Of a stretch of DNA of 43,234 bases, positions 21,212 through 34,487 are shown in pieces. Made by a program: the position numbers and the translations under genes. The notes beneath the pieces are model-generated. The model was not told where the DNA came from and did not search any database. It was given only the letters and a program-made list of their open reading frames with translations. How positions within the stretch are numbered: the stretch's first letter is position 1; each line of letters starts with the position of its first letter. This DNA comes from Octopus bimaculoides (taxonomy: Eukaryota), in NCBI RefSeq assembly GCF_001194135.2, contig NC_068993.1, positions 45,052,746 to 45,095,979 on the forward strand, read 5' to 3'.

Positions 21212-22744
21212 CAAGCTGATATATAGAATGGTGTATTGAAAAAATTCTTAATTAATTGAAATATATCTTTTGGCTGGAGAAAGAAAATCTACTTCAGCCC
21301 TTTACAGTCATTGATACTCTGCCCATTCATTCTGTCCTATCTTCTGGACCATTCTTCTTATGCTCACATCCCTGTTCATCATTTTCTATCCTTCTCCAAC
21401 TGGGGTATCTCCTCTTCTGTGAGACATCTGTTTTTATCCCTCTATCATATATTAATTCTCTCATCACCTGGAATAAAGCCACCTCCTTCAATACTACCCC
21501 CACATCAGTGGAAGGATCTTGTCTTGTGAGTTATTTGATGACCTTACTGTGCAGGTGCTACATACAAAGCACTCAATACATTCTATGAAGTGTTTGGTGT
21601 TAGGAAGGGCATCCAGCCATAGAAACCTTGATACCAAAGCAGACGTTGGAGCTTGGTGCTGTCCTCTTGCTCAACAGTTCCTGTCAAACTGTCCAACTTA
21701 TGCCAACATGGAAAACAGATACTAAACGATGCTGATGCTGATACAAAGCTCAGACGAGGTTCACAATGGAGTGTTGCCTTATATTTGGGTCAGTACATTT
21801 TAGACTGCATTCATAAAAGGGCTACCTGACTGATTAGTATAAAGCCACTCACAGGCATGTAGACATGCTCCAGCCTCTGATCTACAGGTGCACTGTTTCC
21901 TCTCTATTTTTAACCACTACTATAATGGCCTCTGCTCTTTAGAGCTGACTGGGTTCATCTTAAGCATTGCTCTCTCACCAACCTTTCATCAGTTATTCAC
22001 CAAATATCATCATGGTCTCAACACCTCCTGATAATATTCTTCAATTTGGCAGTGTCAGCAACATAAGCTACTGGAGCATAAGTGAGCAGACATGATAGAT
22101 GAACACAAACAGAAAAATGAGACAGGTACAATAACAAGAAAAGATGAGGTCTCAAAACTCAACAGTGATTCATGAGATACATATGAATGCATAACTGTGT
22201 ACATGTATACAGTTATGTATATGAATATGCGTAATTTTGCTCTCTCATACAATTTTTAATTTATCTACAATTTGTTTTTTTATCAAAAGAATTAAATATA
22301 TCAGGTTATCAAGAATGTAAAATAAATAGGTCTGTCCTATAAACAGATATTTCAATTGCATTTATATTTGCGTTTGTATGTGTATATGAACATACATACA
22401 TACATGGAAACATACATATATACATATGTATGTACATACATATATTATCTTTTATCTCTTTTAGTCATTGGATGACGATCATACTGGAACACCACCTTGA
22501 AGAGTATTAGGCAAAAAAAATCGATTCCTGTAACTATTTTTAAGCTTGGTACTTAGAGTATTGATCTCTTTTTGCAGAACCACTAAGTTACAAGGATATA
22601 AACAAACCAACACCGGTGTTCAAGTGATGGTGGGAGACAAACATAAACATGCACACACACACACAGAAGTATATATATATGTGGTTAGGAAGCAAACTTC
22701 TTACCACATATCTATGCTTATTTGTATCAAATATCCTTGCATGC

Positions 22745-23130
22745 GGTGGAGGCGCAATGGCCCAGTGGTTAGGGCAGCGGACTCGCGGTCATAGGATCGC
22801 GGTTTTGATTCCCAGATCGGGCGTTGTGAGTGTTTATTGAGCGAAAACACATAAAACTCCACGAGGTTCCGGCAGGGGATGGTGGCGAACCCTGCTGTAC
22901 TCTTTCACCACAACTTTCTCTCACTCTTGCTTCCTGTTTCTGTTGAGCCTGTAATTCAAAGGGCCAGCCTTGTCACACTGTGTCACGCTGAATATCCCCG
23001 AGAACTACGTTAAGGGTACACGTGTCTGTGGAGTGCTCAGCCACTTGCACGTTAATTTCACGAGCAGGCTGTTCTGTTGATAGGATCAACTGGAACCCTT
23101 GACGTCGTAAGCGACGGAGTGCCAACAACA
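22745..23130 (+). mobile_element. SINE family B, near full length
   Basis: A box TGGCCCAGTGG, B-box-like GGTTTTGATTCC, (CAA)n tail, and diverged TSD-like flanks ATCCTTGCATGC / ATCCCCGCATGC. Confidence 0.92.
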
Positions 23131-25138
23131 AAATCCCCGCATGCTAAAAAATGACCTCCATAAGGCAACAAAAACAAACAAACAACATTCACAGCACTAT
23201 TTATACACAAATAAAGTGGAATACTGATAACAATAAATAAATATACAATACTGATAAGAGAGTAGGAAAGAACAGAGAAATCAATCTGGAAATGACTAAA
23301 GGCTTATATGTCATGTATTCAATGAACAGCAAACAATAAAAAGGGTCTACTGGTTCAACGATAAAAACAAAGCAAAAGAAGAGAAGGAAAGATGTTTTGT
23401 GAAGCTTATAAAAAAACTTGCCAATGATTAATTTTCTACGGATGTTTTGCAATTGTTTCAGTTTCCAGGTTGCATAAATGTGACAGAATTTTGACATATT
23501 AACAAATAAAGGAAGGAAGGAAGGAAGGAAGGAAGGCTGGCTGGCTGGGTGGATGGAAAGAAGGAAGATCACTCTTAGTGCTACTGGTAACATGTAACCT
23601 AATGCAAACTGTTGTGTTGGGCTGTCAACAACTAAACTGTCAATCTTATCAAATCTGCTTGGTAAGGAGGGTATACATACATGTTGACATTAGGAAGGGC
23701 ATCCAACCATAGAAATCAAGCCAAAACAGACTGGTACAGCTCTCTGGCTTACCAATTCCACTCAAGCCGTCTAACCCACGTCAGCATGGAAAATAGATGC
23801 TATATGATGATAATGATATATATATATATATANNNNNNNNNNNNNNNNNNNNNNNNNNNNNNNNNNNNNNNNNNNNNNNNNNNNNNNNNNNNNNNNNNNN
23901 NNNNNNNNNNNNNNNNNNNNNNNNNNNNNNNNGATAGATAGATATGTACAGAGTGTGCAGCATAAATTTGACAGTTTGCATAAAGAAGCAGAGCTTGGTG
24001 GGATTTGAACTCAGATTGCGAAGACAGATGAAATGCCACAAAGCATTTTGCCCAGCATGCTAATGATTCTGTCAGTTCCCTGTCTTAATTGGTCTGAATA
24101 TTACAATCCGTTTCATGCTAATTATTGCACTTACACAAAATTGGTTTCAAATTTTGGCACAAGGCCAGCAATTTCAGGGGAGTGGGTAAGACCCCAGTAC
24201 TCAATGACCCAGGATACTAATGATTCTGCCAGCTCGCCGCCTTAACTGGCCAGAATATTATGATCCAATTTGTGCCAACTATTGCACTTGCACTTACGCA
24301 ATATTGATAACACACACACACACATATATATCATAATCCGCCTAGATATAAAAACTGGTTGATTCCTCAGTTTCACTTTGCATCGGCTTGAGAGAAGGGG
24401 GGAAGGGAGTTAACATAGGTGGAGCAGGATGAGTGCACGCGTTGAGTAAAAACAACGCTACGCACACGAATACACACAATGAGAAAGAATCATAGAAGAG
24501 GTAGAGGAAGAGGAGCAAACGATAGATTATTGGTGGGAGGAGTTGTACAAATGAAAAATAAGCTGATCTGCGTAACCAAAATACAACAGATGAAAGATAT
24601 TCACGTTCGAATCTGCTGAATCGTATTAAGAATGTTCGTCATTGTATTACCACCCAAAAAGTTGATAAAAGTTAAGTTGGGCCGACCGAATCCCTGTGAG
24701 TGGATTTGGTAGACGTCGTATATATAATGTATGTGTGTGTGTCTTTGTCTAGAAAGACTCCCCCCTCCTATTTTCACAAGAAAAAGATTAAAAGATAACA
24801 GCAATCTCCAAAGTTACCCGTTTTATGCCGGTTCCTATATAAACAAAATCAATATAAAATTCCCCCAAAAATTTACTTCGATTTTTATTATGGCCCTTGT
24901 AGTTGGCAAAAAAAAATATTGGGGGGATTTGGTCAGAAAACCAACGAAAATGTTAGAAATAACAGTCAAACCGCCCGCTCAAATCCTATCCCACCATCTA
25001 AGAAAAGGGAACGACACACTTAGATGATGTAAACATATTCACCAAAATGAAAAAGGGTCAAAGACGGGGTGGCTATTTTGTTCATAGAACTGCTAAAAAG
25101 TAATTTTTCTTTTCTTCTTCCACTGTGCGACTGTTTAC

Positions 25139-25151
25139 CTTCCTGAGGCAT
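25139..25151 (-). CDS. Candidate short first coding exon ATG CCT CAG GAA G (MPQE-, phase 1)
   Basis: GTCATG start context followed 13 nt later by an AAG|GTAAAC donor, next to a promoter-like island. Too short to be certain. Confidence 0.25.
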
Positions 25152-25344
25152 GACAGTCAGTTAGCTCTCCCGTTGTACGAAGTTGCATCTAAGGCAGAGT
25201 CATTGTATGAACCAGTCACGAAGTGCATTTGCGAGATTAAAACCTGTAGCATCGGTAATAAGATACGACCTATTGACATTTTTGCAAGCATCTTGCCGAC
25301 CAGCTGCGACATTGTACGTAATGTATTAATGTATATGAGCATGC

Positions 25345-25490
25345 ATCATCACCATAGACACGAAAGAGAGTAAGAGAGAACAAGAAAGAAAAAGACAGAC
25401 ACAAAGAAAGAGGGCGGGGGAAAGAGAGACAGAAAAACAGAAAGCTCGGGAGAAAGAAAGAGAGAGACAGAGAGAGAAAGAAAGACGGAG
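25345..25490. repeat. Polypurine (GA-rich) tract. Polypyrimidine counterpart at ~37215-37375, (GGAA)n/(GGCT)n at ~23511-23565
   Basis: Read directly. Confidence 0.85.
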
Positions 25491-25513
25491 GGCGTGTTGT
25501 AATCCCAAACATT

Positions 25514-25565
25514 GTCATGTGATCAGTAGCTGCTTCCAACTTCATGAGACATAGTCACGTGACTA
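25514..25565. promoter_or_regulatory. Paired E-box/CLEAR-like motifs: GTCATGTGA (25514) and the 14-bp palindrome TAGTCACGTGACTA (25552-25565)
   Basis: Read directly. GTCACGTGAC is the established MiT/TFE (CLEAR) and USF consensus. The motifs lie in unique sequence beside a GA-rich tract. Confidence 0.55.
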
Positions 25566-25646
25566 AGTGGTGAATTTGTTTATTGTTATTATTTCGTTTC
25601 TGCTGCACAGGGGAAAGCACATCGGAACACTTGGCACTTGGTAAGA
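25566..25646 (+). other. Candidate non-coding first exon of a plus-strand transcript (TTG|GTAAGA donor at 25641)
   Basis: Strong donor ~75 nt downstream of the E-box palindrome, followed by a (TA)n tract. No downstream exon was identified. Confidence 0.3.
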
Positions 25647-25653
25647 AGAAACG

Positions 25654-25692
<39 letters not shown>

Positions 25693-26030
25693 NNNNNNNN
25701 NNNNNNNNNNNNNNNNNNNNNNNNNNNNNNNNNNNNNATATCGTTATTTCTATTATGTTATTGTAATATTCTTATATTCATTGTTCATTGCCGTTGGCAT
25801 ATCAGCGTTAATAATTACATGATTATACACTCACACAAAATTACACACACAGATACACAGAAATATATATATGCGTGTGTGTTTCTTTCTGTCCCTGTTG
25901 TTATTATCAAATTTGTTGGGTCCCAGACACGTTCAGGAATTGGCATATAGTCTGCTTAATGTTTATTAGCCGGTTGCCTAAAGGATCCTCTCCCAAAGTG
26001 GCTACACAAAAGGTTTCCTCTCTGTGAATG

Positions 26031-26031
<1 letters not shown>

Positions 26032-26072
<41 letters not shown>

Positions 26073-26193
26073 CATAATCTCTCTCTCTCTCTCTCTCTCT
26101 ACATATATATATATATATATAATCATAATCTCTCTCTCTCTCTACATATATATATATATATATGGTGATACAGAGAGAGAGAGAGAGAGACAG
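26032..26193. repeat. Compound microsatellite with higher-order unit (TA)n-ATCATAAT-(CT)n-ACA x2, then (GA)n
   Basis: Read directly. Confidence 0.85.
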
Positions 26194-27163
26194 CTACTTT
26201 TTTTTTTTACTGTAACCGTTATCATCGTAACTATTGTGTAATATTTTTTTTACAGTATTTATCATTATTAGCATTGCACAATATTTTTGTCGTTATTTAG
26301 TAATATCAAGCTACAACTGTTGTATCAGGCTGTTTATGAGCGTTTGTAGAAAATCGGTAGCACGGTCATCAGTATCTTCATCGTTTTGAATGAAATCGCA
26401 TTAAAGTAGATAGTGATGGCAATGCACAGAGAAATGATAGCGTGAAGGAACGGAACGAGAATGCAATAGACTAACTACTATTTAGTGGAGTTAGAGGTAG
26501 TTTTATTATTATTATTATTATTATTTTTTTTAATATATATATTCATATATACATACACACACAGGGCCAAAGTTATCTGCTACAGACGGGTTGGGTTTTA
26601 ACTATACACAGAGGAAGCAGTGAATGAGAACGCGAGAAACTGAAAGTAAATAGGTTTTCGAAACATCAAGCTACAGATATGATCTGATTTCATTCACGAA
26701 CTGCGCGCGCACGCGCACACACACACACACACTTGTTTTAGTCATTGGACTGCGGCCATGCTGGGGCACCGCCTTGAAGGCGTTTAGTTGAAGAAATCAT
26801 CCACCAGTACCTTTTTTTAAATTTATAATCTGGCTTTTATTTCTTTCAGTCAGAGACGTAAACAAACACTGGTGGCGGTGGGTATATACAAACACAGACA
26901 CGCTGAAATCTCTCTTTCTCCCTCTCATATATACACATATATACATACTCTGTGTGTGTGTGTGTGCATATGTGTGTATTATGTATACAGTTTCTGTCTA
27001 CCAAATTCACTCACAAGGCATTGATCGGCCGGGGCTATTATATTTCCCCAAGGTATGACGCGGTGGGCCTGAACCCGAAACCATGTGGTCGCAAAATGAG
27101 CTTCTTGTCACCAATCATACCTGTACGTATACTCAGTTATACACCTGTATAAATACAAATCTC

Positions 27164-27211
<48 letters not shown>

Positions 27212-29106
27212 GCACATGTACGTGTATATTTTAGTATCATTTATTATCATTGTTGTGAAGGAAAGGAAAGCGAACACTTCAGTGCCTTTATGTAATTACT
27301 TCGACTAGGGTTAACAATCACAAATAGGTGAGTTCACCAAACCCAGAAAAAGAGGCAAAGCCTTACTGTTTCCCGTTGCAACTCACCATTTCGTTTATTA
27401 TACTACTTCAGTTGGTACATAATGTCTCTAATACTGCTACTTCAACGGCCACTGTTCTTTTGAATACATCAGACCTTCCTACACTGGCTTCGGCTTTCCC
27501 GCTCTACCAATAACTTCCCCACAGAACACTATATCAGATCGAACACGTTTACCAAATATCCTTCATCCTCCGAGACACAGCCTTTTGTAATTTTCGTCTA
27601 CGTTGTTGATTAGCTCTAGTTCAAACCCGATTGAGCAAATTCGTCGTTTTTCTTTTTCTTTCCATACATAGTGAATCTACGACTGCATTGCTCATTGTTG
27701 CCTATTTTTTTTTTTTTTTTACAATAGTAGTGTGTGAATTAATGAAGAATTCGCTCCTGTTTCTAGCTGGCTGAATGACTGCATCAAGACCTACGTTACC
27801 TTTCATCCTTTCGGGGTTGATAAAACAAGTACCAGTTGAGTACTGAGGTCGATATAATCGACTTACCCCTTTCCCCGAACTTGCTGGCCTTGTGCCAAAA
27901 TTTGAAATCATTAATGCTTAGAATTGGCTCCACCCGAGAAAAGATCTCTGGCGAAAGGCGCTCCAGCTGCATTTCGTCGAAAATGGCTTTTTTTTTCTTC
28001 AGTACAAACATCGATCTCCGATCCTGGTGAGTTCCGCAGCGGTTATAGTCAATGTCCCTCCTCCTCCGACTAATTAATAATAATAATTCCTTCTACCATA
28101 GACACAAGGCCTGGATGTTTGCAAGAAAAGACTAGTTGATCACATCGACCCAATGCTCAAAGAAGAACCGACCTCGGTAGAATTTGAATTCAGAGCTTAG
28201 AGCTGACGCACTGACGATTCTGGTTTAAACTCAAGGCTGGCAATTTTGAAGGGAAGGGACTAGTTGTTACCATCGACCTCGGTACTTGACTGGTATTTAA
28301 TTTTATCGACTCGAGAGGGATGAGAGGCAAAGTTGACATCAGCGGGAACTGAACTCTGAACATAGTCAGAATACTCCAAGGCATTTCTGTCCGACGCTGA
28401 AACGATTCAGCCATCAATAATGAAAAGTAGTTTAGCCCTAATCAAGCAGATCTATGGAATAAGTGCCCCAGCTGTCATCTTACCTTTCGGTATGTAGGAC
28501 TCCCATTAGCTAATGTGTTGTTTCCTTACATAAGACGGTACAGTGTGGTTTGACGGAGATTTAGCTGCTATTTTTAATGTATTGTGTGACCCTCTCCGAG
28601 TGTGTCATTCTATCTGATTGTTGTTGGTGTTGTTGATAAGTCTTTTTTTTTTTTACTATTAGTATTTCTGTAGCCTTCCATAATTCTGTCCACAATATAG
28701 ATACCTTCTCCGGGAGATCACGATGGCTTTTAATATACGCATTTCTGTTCACTGTTCAGTTTAACTCGTTTGTTGTCAGGTATTTTTGGCGTTTAAATAG
28801 TGGATCTCCGTTGGTTTCAGCGTTGAATATCCAGTTTTTCATTGAATTGACGTGACTGAGTATTCCACAGACACATATGTACCGGTGTCTGACAAGGCTA
28901 CTGTTAAATAACAGGTACAGTTCACCTGCTGGCCCTTCATACAGTTCCCGTCGGCCCAGTTTCACCCAGAAGGCTTTGATTGACCCAGACCATGGTAAAA
29001 AACACCCAAAATAGCACTCAATGGGTTTGAACCCGGGACAAACTTCGGGTGTTCAGTGAATGACAATAGAGAAAGCAAGGGTGAGACGGAATGAAATATA
29101 AATTAA

Positions 29107-29553
29107 GCATACCTATACAAGTGTGCCCGCCACAACTTCACTAAATTTATTTCCTCCTAACTTTCAGAATGAATGAAACTTTCTATCTTTCAGATCGTAT
29201 AGATTCCTATTATGCCGGGATTTGTTGTGAAATCTTTTTTTTTTTTTTTTTTTTTTGCAGTGGGGGATGAAGAGTAGTTTTGGATGGTTCACACAAATCG
29301 ATTTTGTTCCCTCTAACTTTCAGAAAACTGATGTAGCTTACGATTCTCCTACACACACATATACACCCGTAGACAAAATGAAGCTGCGCGCACGTCAGTT
29401 TTTTTTTTCACATTAAATTCCGATATAATCATAACTCTACACCAGCTGAAAGGCACTTGTAGGAAATTTTATTTTTAAAAAATTACCAATTTTTCTGCAA
29501 ATTATGAAGAAACAAAAACTGGGTGGACGGTGAGCGCAGTTGTGTAGGTATGC
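29107..29553. mobile_element. Old MITE with diverged ~24-bp TIRs; related partial copy at ~35720-36018
   Basis: Left end GCATACCTATACAAGTGTGCCCGCC versus right end GGTGAGCGCAGTTGTGTAGGTATGC. Both loci share GCGCGC..(T)nCACATTAAATTCCG, and 36004-36018 ends in GGTGGGCACACTTGT. Confidence 0.55.
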
Positions 29554-30879
29554 CGTAAATTATTTAGTTTTTATCACTCGAGTGATGGAAGTAGCGGGGA
29601 CCAGAGGAAGAGTGTTTCTCCATGCATTAGTTCACGTGCGTGTGTGTGCTTATAACGTCTAACCTTCCCTCGGTCTCACGAATCTTAGCATACCCCTAGT
29701 TCCAAGGATCCAGGCAGCGTTTAAGTGAAGCAGCTGGAAATAAGAACCGAAACTTTGTCAAAATCGGATTGCCGAGAACTTTTAATGAGAGAGCATCAAC
29801 ACGGTCGTTTGACTTGACAGAAATAGCCACCAAATCTCCCTGAAATCTCCTCTATACATCTCTTAAATGGATGCATTGGGTAAATTCGTCCTTGGTATAT
29901 ATAAAAAGATGTGATGCAATGATGGAAATAAGGAGGTACGCAAGAGATGGAATTTCCCTCAGCTCACGAAGTAGCGTTAGTTGTGACTTATAGTATCTTC
30001 TCGCACCTTCCCAACCCCAACTTCTTGGACGTTAGTGTACCTGCAGTTCCTAGTATCCATTTCCATCACCGACCGTTTTGGCTAGAGCGCTTCGGTCACA
30101 CCTTCAGTCAGGGCTGATATGGAGTCCAAACATTTGTCTGTGTGTGTGTGCACATACACTACATGTATTTTTTGTCTGTTACTTGTTTCAGTCATTAGAC
30201 TGCGGTCATGTTTGGGGGTACCACCTTAGACACGCATACACACATCAAGTTAGTTCTGATGGATTAAAAACATTCTAGATGTGACCATCCCGTTTTTTTG
30301 TATAAATGTTATATATCTAGGACTGCATTATCCAACGCGTCCTTCCTTAGGTGGGAATTGAGTGAGATTTTGACTTCTATATCTAGCAGGTTGACCATTT
30401 TGAACAATTGCGACGTAGAAAAGACGGCCATAATTTGTGTGTGTGTAGGCGTGAAGAGTCAGGTCTCCTCCGTCAGAGCAGACCTGCAGACCAACTGCAA
30501 TCCGGCTGTGGCCGTCCCTCCGTTTGAAGGCGTAAACGTAGATCTTAAGACGTCATTCATTATTTGATGTTTCTTTCACAATGTGTTTGGCTGCTATTTT
30601 AAGCAGGTTGGACGACCACATAACTGTGCCTGCGTGTTGTCGCTGTGGGAAATGTCCTTTGGTGTGCGTGTGCGTGCGCGCTCTTGTTTTGAAGGATATT
30701 TGGCTGTTATTTCGAATGACTACTACGCAATAGATTCAGTCGGGTTGGCTCAAACCCCCTTTTTACGGTTTATGTTGTTGACATTGATGTTGACAATATT
30801 GGTGACGACAGTACTTCGTCATCGTTATTATTTGTTTGTTTTTGTCGTTTTTGTTGATGATAAAGGTTGTTTACTCTTT

Positions 30880-31790
30880 TACTTGTTTTTTTGTATAACT
30901 CTTTTGTTTCAGCCTTTTTGATTGCGGCCACGCCGGAGCACCGCATTGTTGGATTAGTCGAACAAAATAACCACTGTACTGATTTTTAATATCCGGTACT
31001 TACTTTACATGTATGTTTTGTCGAACCGCTACGTTACTGGGGTGTAAACAAACCATAGGCGTAGGAGTGGCTGTGTGGTAAGTAGCTTGCTAACGAACCA
31101 CATGGTTCCGGGTTCAGTCCCACTGCGTGGCACCTTGGGCAAGTGTCTTCTACTATAGCCTCGGGCCGACCAAAGCCTTGTGAGTGGATTTGGTAGACGG
31201 AAACTGAAAGAAGCCCGTCGTATATNNNNNNNNNNNNNNNNNNNNNNNNNNNNNNNNNNNNNNNNNNNNNNNNNNNNNNNNNNNNNNNNNNNNNNNNNNN
31301 NNNNNNNNNNNNNNNNNNNNNNNNNNNNNNNNNNNNNNNNNNNNNNNNNNNNNNNNNNNNNNNNNNNNNNNNNNNNNNNNNNNNNNNNNNNNNNNNNNNN
31401 NNNNNNNNNNNNNNNNNNNNNNTGTGTGTGTATATGTTTGTGTGTCTGTGTTTGTCCCCCAACATCGCTTGACAATCGATGCTGGTGTGTTTACGTCCCC
31501 GTAACTTAGCGGTTCGGCAAAACAGACCGATAGAATAAGTACTAGGCTTACAAAGAATAAGTCCTGGGGTCGATTTGCTCGATTAAATGCGGTGCTCCAG
31601 CATGGCCACAGTCAAATGACTGAAACAAGTAAAAGAGTAAAAATAGTAAACCAATGCTAGTTGTCAAGTAGCGGTTCACACACACACAAAGTTTTCGTCT
31701 GTCAAATTTACTCACAGGACATTGGCCGGCCCGGGGTTATATTGTGGAAAGACACTAGCCCAAGGTATACCGCTTCTTAGCTTATACAAC
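30880..31790 (-). mobile_element. Older family A copy split by the 31058 insertion
   Basis: 30880-31055 and 31648-31790 are consecutive parts of the reverse-complemented family A consensus. Confidence 0.75.
31058..31647 (+). mobile_element. SINE family A, young full-length copy with internal (TA)/(TG) microsatellite
   Basis: GGCGTAGGAGTGGCTGTGTGG (A box)...GGTTCAGTCCC (B box)...CCTTGGGCAAGTGTC, with a (GTAAAAGA)-like tail. Almost identical to 41254-41740. Confidence 0.93.
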
Positions 31791-33164
31791 CGGACAACTG
31801 TACTTCTATTAATATTCCGTATATTTGTGTTGCTAACCAAATGAAAGAAATGTAAGTAAATAATAAAGGGAACTAAGTTTTCATTACGACTAAACCTCAA
31901 ATGTCGAAGTGACATTAACAGCAAAACGAAAGCACTGCTGATGCTGTGGTTGTTATGGTTTTGAGACAGTTTTCATCGATCAAACCTATCTGTGATCGAA
32001 AGTTTTCAACGATGATTTTTTTTCTAATTCTAAACCTAGAGTACACTCGACCATCTGACTATTATCCAATATATTCATCCCTCACTTTTTTTTTAAAGAT
32101 GGTAGGATGTGATTTAAAGAAGTCACAGCTGCTATTTCTAACAGCATCTTCATATTAATATTTAGCTCTTGGTCAGCTCTGATCGAACGGATCATAGACA
32201 ATACGATGACTTTTGAGGGAGATTTTGTTATTTGTTTTTCAGTCGTTGTCTATCTAGGACTATAATTATGAAAGACAATAAAATATCTTACGTATAATAA
32301 AACGCAATGTGTATCTCGTCGGTCACGCTGGTAAAGGGAAACTAAAACAGCAAACGGAGTGGGAGTGAGTGATAGTCATAGATACTAAATGCAGGTGAAT
32401 TGGAGTGAACTCTGTAATTGCTGCTGGTTTAATCAAAATGAAACTAAATTTTCATCATAAATCATATCTATCAGTTTCACACAACATTCACAGTCACACA
32501 TCTTACAATAAAATGCAGTTTTAACTTCCGTCACACTGGTAAAAGGACAAAAGGAGTGGAGTGATTGGCAGAATTGGGAAGTATAGAAATATAGAAAGAG
32601 TGAGTGAGCAGTGTTTCTATATCTCAACTGTTGGAGCAGCTGGTATTTTGATGGGGGAAAAAAAAACAGCAAATTTTTGTCGTTTCCAATAAATGAACAA
32701 ACAAAAGTTTGAAAATAAAATATGCTAAGTGATGATAGAAGTTCACACACACACGCACATAGGTACACAGACGATGTAATTTCTGATGGTGTCAAATGAC
32801 AGAGAATGAAAGATAGAGAATAAAATTGTTTATAACTTTTTTTTTTCTTATAGCATCTAGTCCCACCTTCCCAAAATCTCACCTCATAAACCTTAACTGT
32901 ACCTCGTAGTCCCTAATATTCAGTTCCATCAGGTGTTAAGGTCATCTCTACAGAATGTTTATAGAAATTATAGCCAGCACTAATTTTGTTTTAATGTTTC
33001 GTTGGCTATAATTAATTTCCATAGAAAATCTGTAGAGATGGCCTTAACACGTGATTTAAATGCACTGCTAACACGGGAGTACATGATATTGACTTATAAA
33101 ACATTGCATAATGAAATACCATGTGCTTATAAGTTATTAATATCCAGTTCCATCGTTGCCTGTC

Positions 33165-33335
33165 TGCCTGTCAGTGTGTCTGTGTCTGTTTGAGTCTGTC
33201 TGTGTGTGTATCCATGTCTGCCTGTCTGTTTTTGTCTGTCTCTGTGTCTGCCTGTCTGTGTATCTGTCTGTCTCTGTCAGTCTGTCTGTCTGTCTTTTAG
33301 TCCGTGTGTCTGCCTGCCTGCCTGTCTGTGTCTCA
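33165..33335. repeat. Degenerate (CTGT)n simple repeat
   Basis: Read directly. Confidence 0.9.
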
Positions 33336-34487
33336 GTTCTGCCTCATGAATCTTTCTACTTCTACATCTTAATATCCCTTTCTCTTACAATCTATCAAAA
33401 CACACACACACACATACACGTACATACATAAGTGCAGGCATGGCTGTGTAGTCAGGAAGCTCGTTTTGCAACTACATAGTTTCAGGTTCAGTTTCACTGC
33501 ATGGCACCTTAGGCAAGTGTTTTCTCCTATAACCCTAGGCCAACTGATGTCTAGTAGACGGAATCTGTTGTGTGGAAACCTCCGTGTGTGTGTGTGTGTG
33601 TGTGTGTGTGGTCATCATCACCATTTAATGTTTGTTTTCCACACTGGCATGAGTTGGATGGTTTAACAGGAGCTGGCAATCCAGAGAGCTGCATCAGGCT
33701 CCCGTTGTCTGTTTCAGTTTGGTTTCTACATCTGGATGTTCTTCCTAACACCAACCACTTTACAAAGTTTAATGGATATATTTTGTATGGCACCAGCCTC
33801 TGTGCTTTATATTTGACACCAGCATGGGCACTTTTTACGTGGAGCTAGAAATGGCGCTTTTTATGTGATACCAGCACTGGTATGGTTTGGTTTCTACACT
33901 GGATGCATGTGAACAAGCCTTGTTCACATTCCAGTCTCCCGTGAAAAACATGTCTGGCCACAGAAGAACATTACCTTACTTGGAAACTGGTATGGGTTGG
34001 TGACAGGAAAGGCACCTGGCAGTGGAAAATCTGCTTCGACAAATTCCATCTGACCCATGTGAGCAGAAAAAAGTGGGTGTTAAAATGATGGTGTGTGTGT
34101 GTGTGTGTGTGTTTGCGTGCATGCATGTGTGTGTGTGTATGTTTTTGTTAACACATACATTTGTATTGTTTGTTCGTGTCCCTCATAGATTCCTTGGAAG
34201 AAAGCAGCGAATGTATACAAAAACAAGGATGGAAAAAAACGAATAATGTTACACAAATACAGTAGGAATAATAACGGGACATCACAACAGATGTCTTTCG
34301 ACTAAGGACGAATACAATTAAGTTGGCATGTGTGGAAATAAAGCTTTACAGCCGGGATACAAGATTTCACAGGCACAGGGAGGAATAACGATGTTTCACG
34401 CTCAACGGTCGCCCAAGAAAGAAAGAAAGGTCAGGCTTGGCCGAACACCGGTCATGTGAGAAGAGAAGAGAGAGAGGTAGAGGCATA

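Noticed and set aside
21290-21480. Exon-like purine-rich segment after TTTATTCCAG on the minus strand
   Set aside because: Two frames stop almost at once and the third stops after ~46 codons without a convincing donor. It cannot be joined in phase to the MPQE exon.
22745-22820. tRNA genes at SINE heads (also 9314, 31058, 34488, 41254)
   Set aside because: A/B boxes are present, but there is no complete cloverleaf and each continues into a shared SINE body.
25157-25342. Minus-strand 61-aa ORF with a signal-peptide-like stretch
   Set aside because: All three frames stop before the 25138 donor and there is no homology. At best it is a 5'UTR/uORF.
27328-27513. 61-aa plus-strand ORF with a hydrophobic stretch
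   Set aside because: It starts at a GTG inside a donor-like TAG|GTGAGT and has no supporting features.
34170-34470. Possible Penelope-like pseudo-LTR remnant
   Set aside because: Only a vague resemblance and a single copy in the window, which is not enough to call.
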